A stretch of 32,118 bases of DNA. It comes from a virus (lineage: Duplodnaviria; Caudoviricetes). A program made the translations under genes and the position numbers. The stretch spans positions 1-32,118 of the IMG/VR virus record IMGVR_UViG_3300006919_000230; one strand, written 5' to 3'. Below, one piece after another: positions 8,680-17,718 of the stretch; the first letter of the stretch is position 1; every line of letters starts with the position of its first letter. The notes under the pieces were generated by a model. It worked only from the letters and a program-made list of their open reading frames with translations. It was not told the DNA's origin and made no database searches.

Positions 8680-8727
8680 TAGGCCGGTCAGGCGGGGCGG
8701 ATGTCCCTCGGTCTCGCCTGACGCCTA
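8680..8727 (+). terminator. Long GC-rich hairpin after the capsid genes (terminator-like or processing site)
   Basis: TAGGC..GTCAGGCGGGGC (8680-8698) pairs with GTCTCGCCTGAC-GCCTA (8711-8727); no clear U-tract. Confidence 0.45.
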
Positions 8728-8783
8728 ATCTCTAGCTATACTGGTAAGGCCAACAGGGCATCACCATAAAAAGGGACCAGATT

Positions 8784-9266
8784 ATGACTAAGCAGACAAA
8801 CGACAAGGTGGAAGCGGCCCGACCTCTCCCGCCTTATGCATGGGCGCTCTTTGAGAGCAAAGTTCTCAGCATTCACATTGATGTTCCGGTCGGCGTGACC
8901 TGGGAACAGGTGATGCATCCCATGTATCTCACCCATGTCCAAAGCAAGCTGAAGGCTGGCAACCAGATCCGCTTCACGTCTCTCGACCGCCTTTGGATGT
9001 GCGATGCCATCGTCCTCAACGTCTCTGATATGGGCGTTCAATTGCTCCCTCTCCCCGGATTCCCTCTGAGCCTCGACGTGGCATGGAAAGGCCTCTCCGA
9101 CATCGGGGACGTCACGATCCAGTGGAACGTAGGCGAAAAGAAATATCGCGTCATCCGGTCAGCCGACAATCAGGTCATTCATTCGGAAGAGAAGAAAGCC
9201 GATTGTGTGGTCTGGTGTGAGCAGCGTGACCTGAATGTTTTGCCTGAGAAACGAGAGGCCGCGTAA
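8784..9266 (+). CDS. Hypothetical phage protein
   Basis: 160 aa, SD-like AAGGGA, TAATG coupling to the next gene. Confidence 0.75.
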   Translation: MTKQTNDKVEAARPLPPYAWALFESKVLSIHIDVPVGVTWEQVMHPMYLTHVQSKLKAGNQIRFTSLDRLWMCDAIVLNVSDMGVQLLPLPGFPLSLDVAWKGLSDIGDVTIQWNVGEKKYRVIRSADNQVIHSEEKKADCVVWCEQRDLNVLPEKREAA

Positions 9267-9901
9267 TGTCCAGCCGCATCACACTCTACCGAGCCGCCGC
9301 ACGTCACTGTAAAGAGCGGCGCGTTGTCAGCTTGACGGACAGCGGCAAGGTTCGCCTGATCCTGGATGACATCTGGGACGAGGGCTTTGTGGATGCGGTA
9401 CTGGAGGCCGGTCAGTGGAACATGGCCATCCGTGCGCTTAAGATCGAATACACCCCGTCTGTAGAGCCTGCTTTCGGCTATGCGCGGGCGTTTGATCGCC
9501 CGAGTGACTGGGTGCGGACGGTGGCCATGTCTGCTGACGAATATTTCAACACGCCTCTGAGGGAGTACCTTGATGAAGGGGATTACTTCTATTCAGAGCA
9601 TGACGAGATTTACATCCAATATGTCAGTAATGACGCGGCATATGGGGGCGACTTGGTCAAGTGGCCGCAGTCACTGCACGAATACGCGGGATTGAAGATG
9701 GCTTGCGGCTTGGCGCATGCTCTGGATCTGCCGAACAGCCAAATCGCTAACCTCTACAATCGTGAGATTACGGCATTGAAGGTGGCTAAGTCTCGGGATG
9801 CGAGCCGCGATCCGACTAAATTCCCGCCTGGGGGCTCTTGGGTAGGGACGCGCCGGACTGGTGTCGTGAGACAGGATTACCGCGCCGGTCGGGTGTTATA
9901 G
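9266..9901 (+). CDS. Tail tubular protein A / adaptor (T7 gp11-like)
   Basis: 211 aa with WNMA, PAFGYARAFDRPSDWVR and YIQYVS motifs; synteny before the nozzle gene. Confidence 0.85.
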   Translation: MSSRITLYRAAARHCKERRVVSLTDSGKVRLILDDIWDEGFVDAVLEAGQWNMAIRALKIEYTPSVEPAFGYARAFDRPSDWVRTVAMSADEYFNTPLREYLDEGDYFYSEHDEIYIQYVSNDAAYGGDLVKWPQSLHEYAGLKMACGLAHALDLPNSQIANLYNREITALKVAKSRDASRDPTKFPPGGSWVGTRRTGVVRQDYRAGRVL

Positions 9902-9903
9902 CC

Positions 9904-12573
9904 TTGAGGGTCGCCCCATCGCTCCTGGCGTTTAATCGAGGCCTTGTGTCCAGGCTTGCCCTTGGCCGCATTGATCTGTCGCGCATGCAGTTCTCGGCAG
10001 AAGAGCAGACAAACTGGATGCCCCGCACCCTCGGGTCTATGATGCTTAGGCCGGGAACCGCTCGCCTGGGCAACACGGCCTCAGATGCGCGGGCGCTATT
10101 CTATTCATTCATTAACGATGTTGATGACACTCACGCCCTGGAGTTTACAAGTGCGGCCCTGGGTATCTGGGTGGGCAACACGCCGCTTGTCCGGGCCTCG
10201 GTGGATACGGCAATCACAAACGGCGACATGGCGTCTGCTACAGGCTGGACAGATGAGGATGAGACGGGGGCGAGTTCATCCTTTGCGGTTATAGCCGGGT
10301 CTCTGACGTTGTTGGGGACAGGCAGCACCCGCGCTATCCGCACACAATCAGTCAGCGTTTCTGCCGCTGATGGCGGCGTCGAGCATGGCTTGCGCGTCTC
10401 CGTCACCGCTGGCCCTGTCGTCATCGAGGTCGGCACGACATCGGGCGCCAGCGACCTGCTATCAACCAGCCTGAAGCGCGGTGAACACAGTCTTGCGTTC
10501 ACGCCTCCCTCGGGGGCTTCAACGGTCTATGTCCGCTTTTCCAGCCGACTGAATTACACTGTCACCGTCACATCATGCGAGGTCGAGGCGTCGGGGGTTG
10601 TGGCGCTAACGTCGCCATATCTCGACGCTGACCTTGAAAACATCCGCCTGACGCAAAGCCAGGACGTTTTGTTTGTATCGTGCGTCGGCTATCAGCCCAG
10701 GCGGATTGAGCGCAGGACGCCCCGCATGTGGTCTCTGGCCTACTATGAGACGATTGACGGGCCGCTGCGTGACGAAAACACGTCAGGCATCACGATTACG
10801 CCGGATGTGCTTAATGGCGACGTGACGTTGACAGCATCGGAGGATCTTTTCACCTCGACGCAGGCGGGCGGCATATGGCGGCTGACGTCGAGCGGGCAGG
10901 AATCATCGGTCACTGTCGGCGCTGAAAACCAGTTCACCTCACCCGGCATTCGTGTCACTGGCGTTGCAGATGACCGGAAGTTCACGGTCGTCGCATCAAG
11001 CACGGCATCGACAGTCACGCTACAGCGCGCCGTGGGGGTGGATGAGGCCTCGCTCTATGCGGATGTGCAGACAATCGCCTCCGGGGCCACTGTCCAGGTG
11101 GATGACGGACTGGACAATCAGATCATCTTCTATCGCGTCGGTGTGAAGACCGGCGACTATACTGACGCTGTCACGGCGACGATCACCTATTCTCGCGGCT
11201 CGATAAGCGGGTATGTCCGCATTGGCGATGTGGCCAGCGCTACATCCGCGACGGGGGTGATCCTATCCCCGCTGGGTGGGACGGCTGCTACAGGCCTATG
11301 GACAGAGGGCGAGTGGTCCGACTTCCGTGGGTGGCCAGGGGCCACGGCCATGCACGAAGGGCGGCTCTACTTTGCCGGCCTCGGTAAGCTATGGGGCTCT
11401 GTTGTGGATGCCTTTGACAGTTTTGACCTGGACTTTGAAGGGGACGGCGGGACAATATCGAAAACGATCCCGCATATCTCTGGGGAGAGCGTGGCGTGGC
11501 TTAGTTCGGGCGATCTCCTCCACCTTGGGACATTCGGCGGCATTTATATCCTGAAGACCAACAGTCTGGATGAACCAGTCACGCCAACAAACAGCCGTCT
11601 GCGCCGCTTTGAAACGACGGGAGCGCTGCAAGCCGCGCCTGCCATTGATGACGAGAGCGTCTATTATATCTCGATCAACGGGCAGGACATCTACCAAAGC
11701 CAGCCAGCGAACACGGCAACAGGACGCTTGGCGGAGCGGATGACGGCGCTGTCTCCCGATATTGGCGGCGTTGGCGGATTCACCAGGATCACGGTTCAAA
11801 ACCAGCCCGACACTCGGGTCCACTGCGTTCGCGCGGATGGCAAGGTCGCTATTCTCGTCACAGATCCTGCAGAGGATGTGAGGTGCTGGGTCTTGTTTGA
11901 GACGGACGGCATCGTAGAGGATGTCATTGTCGGCCCAGGCTCGTATGAGGACGAGGTCTTTTATCTTGTGCGGCGGGTCATAAACGGCGCGACCGTTCGG
12001 ATCGTGGAGAAGTGGGCGCTAGAACAGGATTGTCAGGGGGAGGCGGATAGTCGTCTGGCTGATAGTCACGTTGTCTACTCTGGCGTGGCGACGAATACCG
12101 TGACGGGCGGCTCCCACCTGGAGGGTGAGACTGTCGTAGTTTGGGCTGACGGGACGCAGCGCGATGACGCTGTGGTCTCCTCGGGCTCGGTGGCTGTCTC
12201 AGGCGCTGCCGCGACGAATGTATGTTTCGGCCTCGGGTATCAGGCGCGGTTCAAATCAACAAAGCTGGCATATGGCGCTCCAAAAGGTCATACGCCCTTA
12301 ACGCGGACGGCACGGATTTCACACGTTGGTCTTGTGTTAGCGGACGTTCACGCGCAGGGCATAGAGTTTGGTGACGATTTCGAGCATCTTGAAGGGCTCC
12401 CGCCCTCAGAGGGCTATGAGACAATTGATGCCGATGCCATCCACACAGATTACGATTACCGGGGCATCCCTAATGATGGGGGTTGGACGACGGACAAGCG
12501 GCTCTGCTTGGTGGCCAATGCTCCAAGGCCGGTGACGGCGTTAGCCGCCGTGGTAGATTTCAATGCCTCATAG
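9904..12573 (+). CDS. Tail tubular protein B / nozzle (T7 gp12-like)
   Basis: N-terminal AFNRGLVS motif, beta-propeller-like repeats (GWPGATAMHEGRLYF) and C-terminal GLGYQARFKS. The likely start is TTG 9904 just after the tube A stop, not 9838. Confidence 0.85.
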   Translation: MRVAPSLLAFNRGLVSRLALGRIDLSRMQFSAEEQTNWMPRTLGSMMLRPGTARLGNTASDARALFYSFINDVDDTHALEFTSAALGIWVGNTPLVRASVDTAITNGDMASATGWTDEDETGASSSFAVIAGSLTLLGTGSTRAIRTQSVSVSAADGGVEHGLRVSVTAGPVVIEVGTTSGASDLLSTSLKRGEHSLAFTPPSGASTVYVRFSSRLNYTVTVTSCEVEASGVVALTSPYLDADLENIRLTQSQDVLFVSCVGYQPRRIERRTPRMWSLAYYETIDGPLRDENTSGITITPDVLNGDVTLTASEDLFTSTQAGGIWRLTSSGQESSVTVGAENQFTSPGIRVTGVADDRKFTVVASSTASTVTLQRAVGVDEASLYADVQTIASGATVQVDDGLDNQIIFYRVGVKTGDYTDAVTATITYSRGSISGYVRIGDVASATSATGVILSPLGGTAATGLWTEGEWSDFRGWPGATAMHEGRLYFAGLGKLWGSVVDAFDSFDLDFEGDGGTISKTIPHISGESVAWLSSGDLLHLGTFGGIYILKTNSLDEPVTPTNSRLRRFETTGALQAAPAIDDESVYYISINGQDIYQSQPANTATGRLAERMTALSPDIGGVGGFTRITVQNQPDTRVHCVRADGKVAILVTDPAEDVRCWVLFETDGIVEDVIVGPGSYEDEVFYLVRRVINGATVRIVEKWALEQDCQGEADSRLADSHVVYSGVATNTVTGGSHLEGETVVVWADGTQRDDAVVSSGSVAVSGAAATNVCFGLGYQARFKSTKLAYGAPKGHTPLTRTARISHVGLVLADVHAQGIEFGDDFEHLEGLPPSEGYETIDADAIHTDYDYRGIPNDGGWTTDKRLCLVANAPRPVTALAAVVDFNAS

Positions 12574-12940
12574 TGAAGTCAGATACGCCAAGCCCGAGGA
12601 TCTGCGCCGGTTCTATGGTGTCCGGCCCAGATCGAATATTCGGGCCATCGCGGTTGAGGCTGATGGCGAGATCATCGGTGTCGGTGGCGTGGAATATCGT
12701 GGAGGTCGCCATATCGCCTTCATGGATGTGGCTGATGATGTCGAGACGAAAGATTATCTCAGAGAGTTAGCGGTTGCCCGTAAGATGGCGCGGCACGTTC
12801 TCGACAGGCTGTCCGTGCCGGTTCTCGCCGTCAGGGAGACAGGCATCCCTGGGTCAGATAAGTTTCTCGCTAAATCTGGCTTTGTTTTACTGGCCGAAAA
12901 CGAACATCAGGAGGTTTGGACATGGGTCCAGCTACACTAG
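12563..12940 (+). CDS. GNAT-fold protein (T7 gp13-like position)
   Basis: AVEADGEIIGVGGV and SDKFLAKSGF are GNAT-like motifs; lies between the nozzle and the ejection proteins. Confidence 0.7.
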   Translation: MPHSEVRYAKPEDLRRFYGVRPRSNIRAIAVEADGEIIGVGGVEYRGGRHIAFMDVADDVETKDYLRELAVARKMARHVLDRLSVPVLAVRETGIPGSDKFLAKSGFVLLAENEHQEVWTWVQLH

Positions 12941-13497
12941 CGCTTCTGCCAATGATCGGCACCATCGCCAGCACAGCACTGAGTGTTGTTGGTTCGATCC
13001 AGCAAGGGAATGCCGCTGCAGCTGCGGGTAAGAGCGAGCAACAGCAGCGGCAGAAGATTGCCGATGAAGCCCGCGCCAAAGGCCAAAGGGATCAAATAGA
13101 AGAGATCCGCCAAGGGGAGTTGGCGCAAAGCCGCGCCCTGGCTGTCGGCGGCAAGTCTTCAATGCTCCTCGATCAGGGCTTTGGACAGGTGATGGCGGAT
13201 CTGGGCGGCGATGCTGATTACAATGCCAGGGTCGCGTTGGCGGATGCAGAGTTCGGCGCGCAGCAGCAGGAGTTCCAGGGCGCGGTTGCCAGAGCAAAGG
13301 GCAAATCAGCCAAGAAGGCATCGTTCCTCAAGGCGGGCGGCGCTCTCCTGAGTGGGGCGACAAGCTTCGCGGGCAAGTATGACACATACCAAAAGGCTAA
13401 CACTGCGGCGGCGCTTGATGCCTCTAGCGGCGGCATACCAAACCGGGGCGGCATGGGGAACATGGGCGGGAGTTACGCGCCCGCGTCACTCTACTAA
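12922..13497 (+). CDS. Internal virion (ejection) protein, T7 gp14-like
   Basis: SD AGGAGG 12909-12914 before ATG 12922; hydrophobic N-terminus, Ala/Gln-rich helical body, Gly-rich tail. Confidence 0.8.
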   Translation: MGPATLALLPMIGTIASTALSVVGSIQQGNAAAAAGKSEQQQRQKIADEARAKGQRDQIEEIRQGELAQSRALAVGGKSSMLLDQGFGQVMADLGGDADYNARVALADAEFGAQQQEFQGAVARAKGKSAKKASFLKAGGALLSGATSFAGKYDTYQKANTAAALDASSGGIPNRGGMGNMGGSYAPASLY

Positions 13498-13533
13498 TAC
13501 CGAGCCCAGCGCGCGGGCGATAAGGATAGAAAC

Positions 13534-16500
13534 ATGGCCAGGATACCTTCAGCCGCTAACGACATCCGCCGCCGCCTTCCTCGGGGCGGGTCTGGCGTTG
13601 TTTCCACGGCTGACGCTTCTGCCGGTGTTGGTGTGCAACAGCTAGGCGCGCAGGTCGGCGCGATTGGGAATTACCTTGAAGGCATTCAGAAAGATAAGAC
13701 GCAGAAGATTGAGCGCGCTTGGGCATCGCGGGCTATATCTGATGCTGACGCTTACTGGGCTGAAGAGTCGATCAAGCGACAGAAGGAAGCCCCTCGCGAG
13801 CCGACGAATTACGCTCGCACGATGGCTGACGATTACAGAAAATATGCAGAGAGGGTGTCAGCGAACGCGCCAGAGGATGTGCGCCAACTGGTCCAAGAAC
13901 GTCTGCTCTCTATGGGTATGTCCATCCATAGGAGCGCGCTGACATTTGAGAACGCTCGCTTCGGGGCGACTGCGAAAGACGACATCTCCGACAGTCTAAA
14001 CACGAACTCTTCAATGGTCCTGCTGGACCCGGCCAAATATGAGGACGCGCTGGCTAACCACGCTCGGATGATCGCCGCGACTAAAGGTGTGACCGGCGAT
14101 GTGGCGGCTGCCGAGGCCATGCAGGCCGGTGAGGAGGCACTAAGCCAAGCGCGGGCCGTTAGCCTGCTAGAGAATGGCGCTGCGCCCTCCGACGTGATCG
14201 ACATGATGCGGGATGGGCAGATTAAGCTGACGGCCAAGGGGACGGCTGCCGTCTTGGCGCTGGCTGAGAGGAAGCAGGCGGTGGCTGATGACGCCGCAAT
14301 CAGGCGCGCTATATCGGACGGAGACTATGACGCCGCTGACGCTATGGTTTCCGCGTCTGATACGCTGACGCCAGCGGGCAGGCAAAACCATGAGAACAAG
14401 ATCAGAATTGGCCGGGGGGATGCCGCATATTCTCGGGCGATTAAGCAGATCGGCTCGCCTATGCTGGAGGTGGATGCTGAAGTAGCGGACGCCTTCCTTG
14501 TGGCATCGGCTACATATGACCTTGATCCTGAATTATTCCAGACGATCATGCAGATAGAGAGCGCCGGAGGTAAGAGCACTGGCTCCCCGCGCGATGCGGA
14601 TGGGAATGTTTTGTCTACGGCGGGCGGCTATTTCCAGTGGCTCGATTCTACGGCGAAGCAATACGGCGTTACAAAGGGCGATATCTTATCTGAGACGGTA
14701 GGCCTCGCCCGCTTTACTCAAGACAATCGCAAGGCATTAACCGCTGCTCTTGGGCGTGACCCGACGAATGAGGAACTGTGGCTCGCCCATAACCAGGGGG
14801 CTGCGGGCGCGGGCAAGCTGTTGAACGCTAGAGAGGAGACGCTGGCCAAGAGCGCGGTCAGCGCAAGGGCGTTAACCAATAACGGCGTGTCGAAAGATGA
14901 ACTGGCAACGCTAACCGCCAAGGAATTTGTCGAACGAAACAATGACCTGTATGAGCGCCGCCGCAAAGAGGCTCTGAGCAAGAGCGGGGGCGCGGACCCT
15001 GACGCGAAGTACATGAGCCAAGCCCAGATAAACAAGCTGGCCAAGGAAAAGCAGGACCACGATGAAGCCGTTGCAATGCAGGGCCGTATTGCCGACATTG
15101 CGAGCGGCAAGAAGCCATTCGAGTCCAGGTCTAAAATCGACGTCAAGGCTTTGGATATCATGCAGCAAGGCATGTGGGCGGGCCTCCCGGAGGACGCCAC
15201 GCTTGCGGATAAGCTGGAAGTGTCCACCGGCATAGCTATCACCGTCCACCGTACCCCAGAAGCGGCTGTGAAGCTTATGAGGGACACTCTGGAGTTGGGG
15301 GCAAACCCTGATGATATGATGGCGGCAATCGACGCGGCTCACGCAATGGCGCAGGAAGACATCGGCCTGCCTGCCCGCATGGGTAAAAGCTATGATCTTG
15401 CGTTGACGGTGAACCGGCTCATCGGCCAGGGCGCGGTGCAAAGGGAGGCGTTGGAGTTAGGCCGATCCTTGCATACACCGGCGAACGCCGAGCGGGCCGC
15501 TGAAGTCACCGAATATCTGGACGGCAAGAATGACGATAAGGTCAGGAACATCGACGCAATGGTCGAGGCTGTCATGGAGGGTGTTGGGCTCCAGCCTGGG
15601 ACCAATGCCTATATGGGGGCGAGGCAGAGTGTAGAGGACAGCTTACGAGCCCGCGTTGCGCGTTCGACCGGTGGCGAGATGGAAATCAGCCGCGCTGTCG
15701 AGAATGCTAAGGAAAACACCATCGACTTAATGAAGCCGCTCTATGGCAAGACCGGCGTTAGTGGCCAGGGTGTTATGAAATATCCGCCCGAGAAAAGTGC
15801 CTTTGCGCTGCTGGGCGGTCGCCTCCCTCCAGAGCAGGTTATCGCGTGGATGCAGGAGGATCTTGTCGCGGGCGCGTTCCCTTATGTTGATATCTACGCG
15901 AAAATTAAGCAAGAGGACGCCAAGGGCAATGTCATAAAGGTCCGCGACCCTACAGAGAAGGAAATCCGCGAGCGGATTACTGCCGCGATGGAAGGCGTAT
16001 CGATGCGCGCCGTGATCGACCTGAAGACAGATGATGTGGTCGGTTATCACCTCTTCAAAGACGGGCAGCTGGTGCTTAATTACCGGGACCGGACTGGTCC
16101 TGACTTCGATGGGACGGATGGGGTCGCTGCGCCGGGGATATGGAAGCCTGAGTTTAACGGGTCTCCATACCAGAAGCGGCAGCAAGCTGGAGCGGATATG
16201 GCTAACGCGGCGACGATAGCTGATGCCCGCAAGGATCGTGTGGCCCAAGCGCAAGCGACAGCGGATGCTATTGCTGCACGGATGCCAATGAATGAAGCCC
16301 GTCTGGCCGAGGCTGTGGCGGATGATGAAAGCTTCCTGCGCTGGATCAGCATTCCCGCTGGTTTGGAACCGGGCGCTGACCGTGACGCGATGATCAAGCG
16401 CATGGTTGACGCCTACACCGAGAAGCACGGCAAGGCTCCTCCCGCTTTTGATGTCTCGGACGAGACGCCAGAGAGCAAGGGCGTACCGATATATGACCGG

Positions 16501-17718
16501 AAAGACCAGTTGGCGGCTGACCGCAATACTGCCCAAAGGCACGCGCAATCAGTGAAGCTTGCGGATGGCGAGTATTTCCATGCCACGACGCCAGATGCCA
16601 CAACGCCAGATGATTTAGAAAAAACAAAATATGGGAGGGTGATCTACAGGAACGCAAAGGGCGAAGCTGAGTCTGAGCTAAGTGTGACGGTTCAAAACCC
16701 TTCAACAGGCCTGTGGTACAATATACCGTCGCTCAATTGGGGTAAGATGACGTCGAGGGCAGAGACCGCTGCTCTTTATGGGATACCCAAGATGACGAAC
16801 GCCAACGATCAGGTGTTGGACATAGAGACGGGTGAGGTGATCCCAGGCTTCACGACGGAGTCCGAAGCAGTAGAAGCTGCGAAGGCGCGCAGTCGCGAAC
16901 TTAGCGGGGAACTTGGCGGCGGGCAGGGCGTTGACGATCTCGGTGGTGGCGCAGGCGACGATACTCTCGGTACGCGCACAGAAGTGCCTCCTGAGTTGGT
17001 GGATATGGCGGATGGCGAGTTCAGCCACGCTATAGACCCGTATCTCAAAAACAACCCACTAGCTAAATTGGCTATGGCGGATATTGAGAAGAACGGCGGC
17101 GTATCTAATACCCTATCGACGGGGCCGCTTGGGAAAAAGACGGGTCTTAGAGGTACTTATGATAAAGCAACCGGCAAGATAAAAATTGCGGCTGGCGACT
17201 TAGATGTAAATAGGAGTGACTTCCACAAATTCTACGCGGAGATGACCCCGGTCACTGTGGCGCATGAGTTGACTCATAAAGGGCTACACATGCTGCGGCA
17301 GGAAGGGCTTCTGAAGGGCTCGGCCATAGAGCGGGTGCTGGACGCAGAACGCAGCTTCAGCGATCACGTCCGGTTCATTAACTACGTTGACGTAATGAAT
17401 GCCTACAGTCAGGGACATGTAGATCCCACTAACGAAGACCACATAAGGTATCTGAGGACGTTCTACAGCAAGACTGAGATAGCAACAGGCCTTGAAGCGG
17501 CGGGTGTTAATGTCAACCGAAAGGGCGATGTCGCGCCTTCTATTTTAGGTAAGAGTAGATACGGCGAATCATCTGACCTGCAGAGGGCCATAAAAGAGTT
17601 AGGCACAGTCGTTAAAGCGGCGATGAAAAAGAAAGGTTTCTCCGATGCGGAGATAACGGCGCAGCTGGGCAAGGATAAGCCTTCGATCATATCGCGGATG
17701 AAGAGGTGGTTTAAGTAA
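13534..17718 (+). CDS. Internal virion protein with lytic transglycosylase domain and C-terminal HExxH module
   Basis: SLT motifs IMQIES (Glu at 14557-14559), AGGYFQW and LAHNQG at about 14500-14830; HELTH at 17263-17277; TAATG coupling to the next gene. Confidence 0.85.
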   Translation: MARIPSAANDIRRRLPRGGSGVVSTADASAGVGVQQLGAQVGAIGNYLEGIQKDKTQKIERAWASRAISDADAYWAEESIKRQKEAPREPTNYARTMADDYRKYAERVSANAPEDVRQLVQERLLSMGMSIHRSALTFENARFGATAKDDISDSLNTNSSMVLLDPAKYEDALANHARMIAATKGVTGDVAAAEAMQAGEEALSQARAVSLLENGAAPSDVIDMMRDGQIKLTAKGTAAVLALAERKQAVADDAAIRRAISDGDYDAADAMVSASDTLTPAGRQNHENKIRIGRGDAAYSRAIKQIGSPMLEVDAEVADAFLVASATYDLDPELFQTIMQIESAGGKSTGSPRDADGNVLSTAGGYFQWLDSTAKQYGVTKGDILSETVGLARFTQDNRKALTAALGRDPTNEELWLAHNQGAAGAGKLLNAREETLAKSAVSARALTNNGVSKDELATLTAKEFVERNNDLYERRRKEALSKSGGADPDAKYMSQAQINKLAKEKQDHDEAVAMQGRIADIASGKKPFESRSKIDVKALDIMQQGMWAGLPEDATLADKLEVSTGIAITVHRTPEAAVKLMRDTLELGANPDDMMAAIDAAHAMAQEDIGLPARMGKSYDLALTVNRLIGQGAVQREALELGRSLHTPANAERAAEVTEYLDGKNDDKVRNIDAMVEAVMEGVGLQPGTNAYMGARQSVEDSLRARVARSTGGEMEISRAVENAKENTIDLMKPLYGKTGVSGQGVMKYPPEKSAFALLGGRLPPEQVIAWMQEDLVAGAFPYVDIYAKIKQEDAKGNVIKVRDPTEKEIRERITAAMEGVSMRAVIDLKTDDVVGYHLFKDGQLVLNYRDRTGPDFDGTDGVAAPGIWKPEFNGSPYQKRQQAGADMANAATIADARKDRVAQAQATADAIAARMPMNEARLAEAVADDESFLRWISIPAGLEPGADRDAMIKRMVDAYTEKHGKAPPAFDVSDETPESKGVPIYDRKDQLAADRNTAQRHAQSVKLADGEYFHATTPDATTPDDLEKTKYGRVIYRNAKGEAESELSVTVQNPSTGLWYNIPSLNWGKMTSRAETAALYGIPKMTNANDQVLDIETGEVIPGFTTESEAVEAAKARSRELSGELGGGQGVDDLGGGAGDDTLGTRTEVPPELVDMADGEFSHAIDPYLKNNPLAKLAMADIEKNGGVSNTLSTGPLGKKTGLRGTYDKATGKIKIAAGDLDVNRSDFHKFYAEMTPVTVAHELTHKGLHMLRQEGLLKGSAIERVLDAERSFSDHVRFINYVDVMNAYSQGHVDPTNEDHIRYLRTFYSKTEIATGLEAAGVNVNRKGDVAPSILGKSRYGESSDLQRAIKELGTVVKAAMKKKGFSDAEITAQLGKDKPSIISRMKRWFK

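Noticed and set aside
9838-9903. N-terminal extension of tail tube B given in the ORF track
   Set aside because: It overlaps tail tube A; the conserved FNRG motif implies a start near TTG 9904.
15727-16548. 273-aa minus-strand ORF and other minus-strand ORFs
   Set aside because: Fully antisense to well-supported + strand genes with no recognisable motifs; such ORFs are expected in GC-rich DNA.
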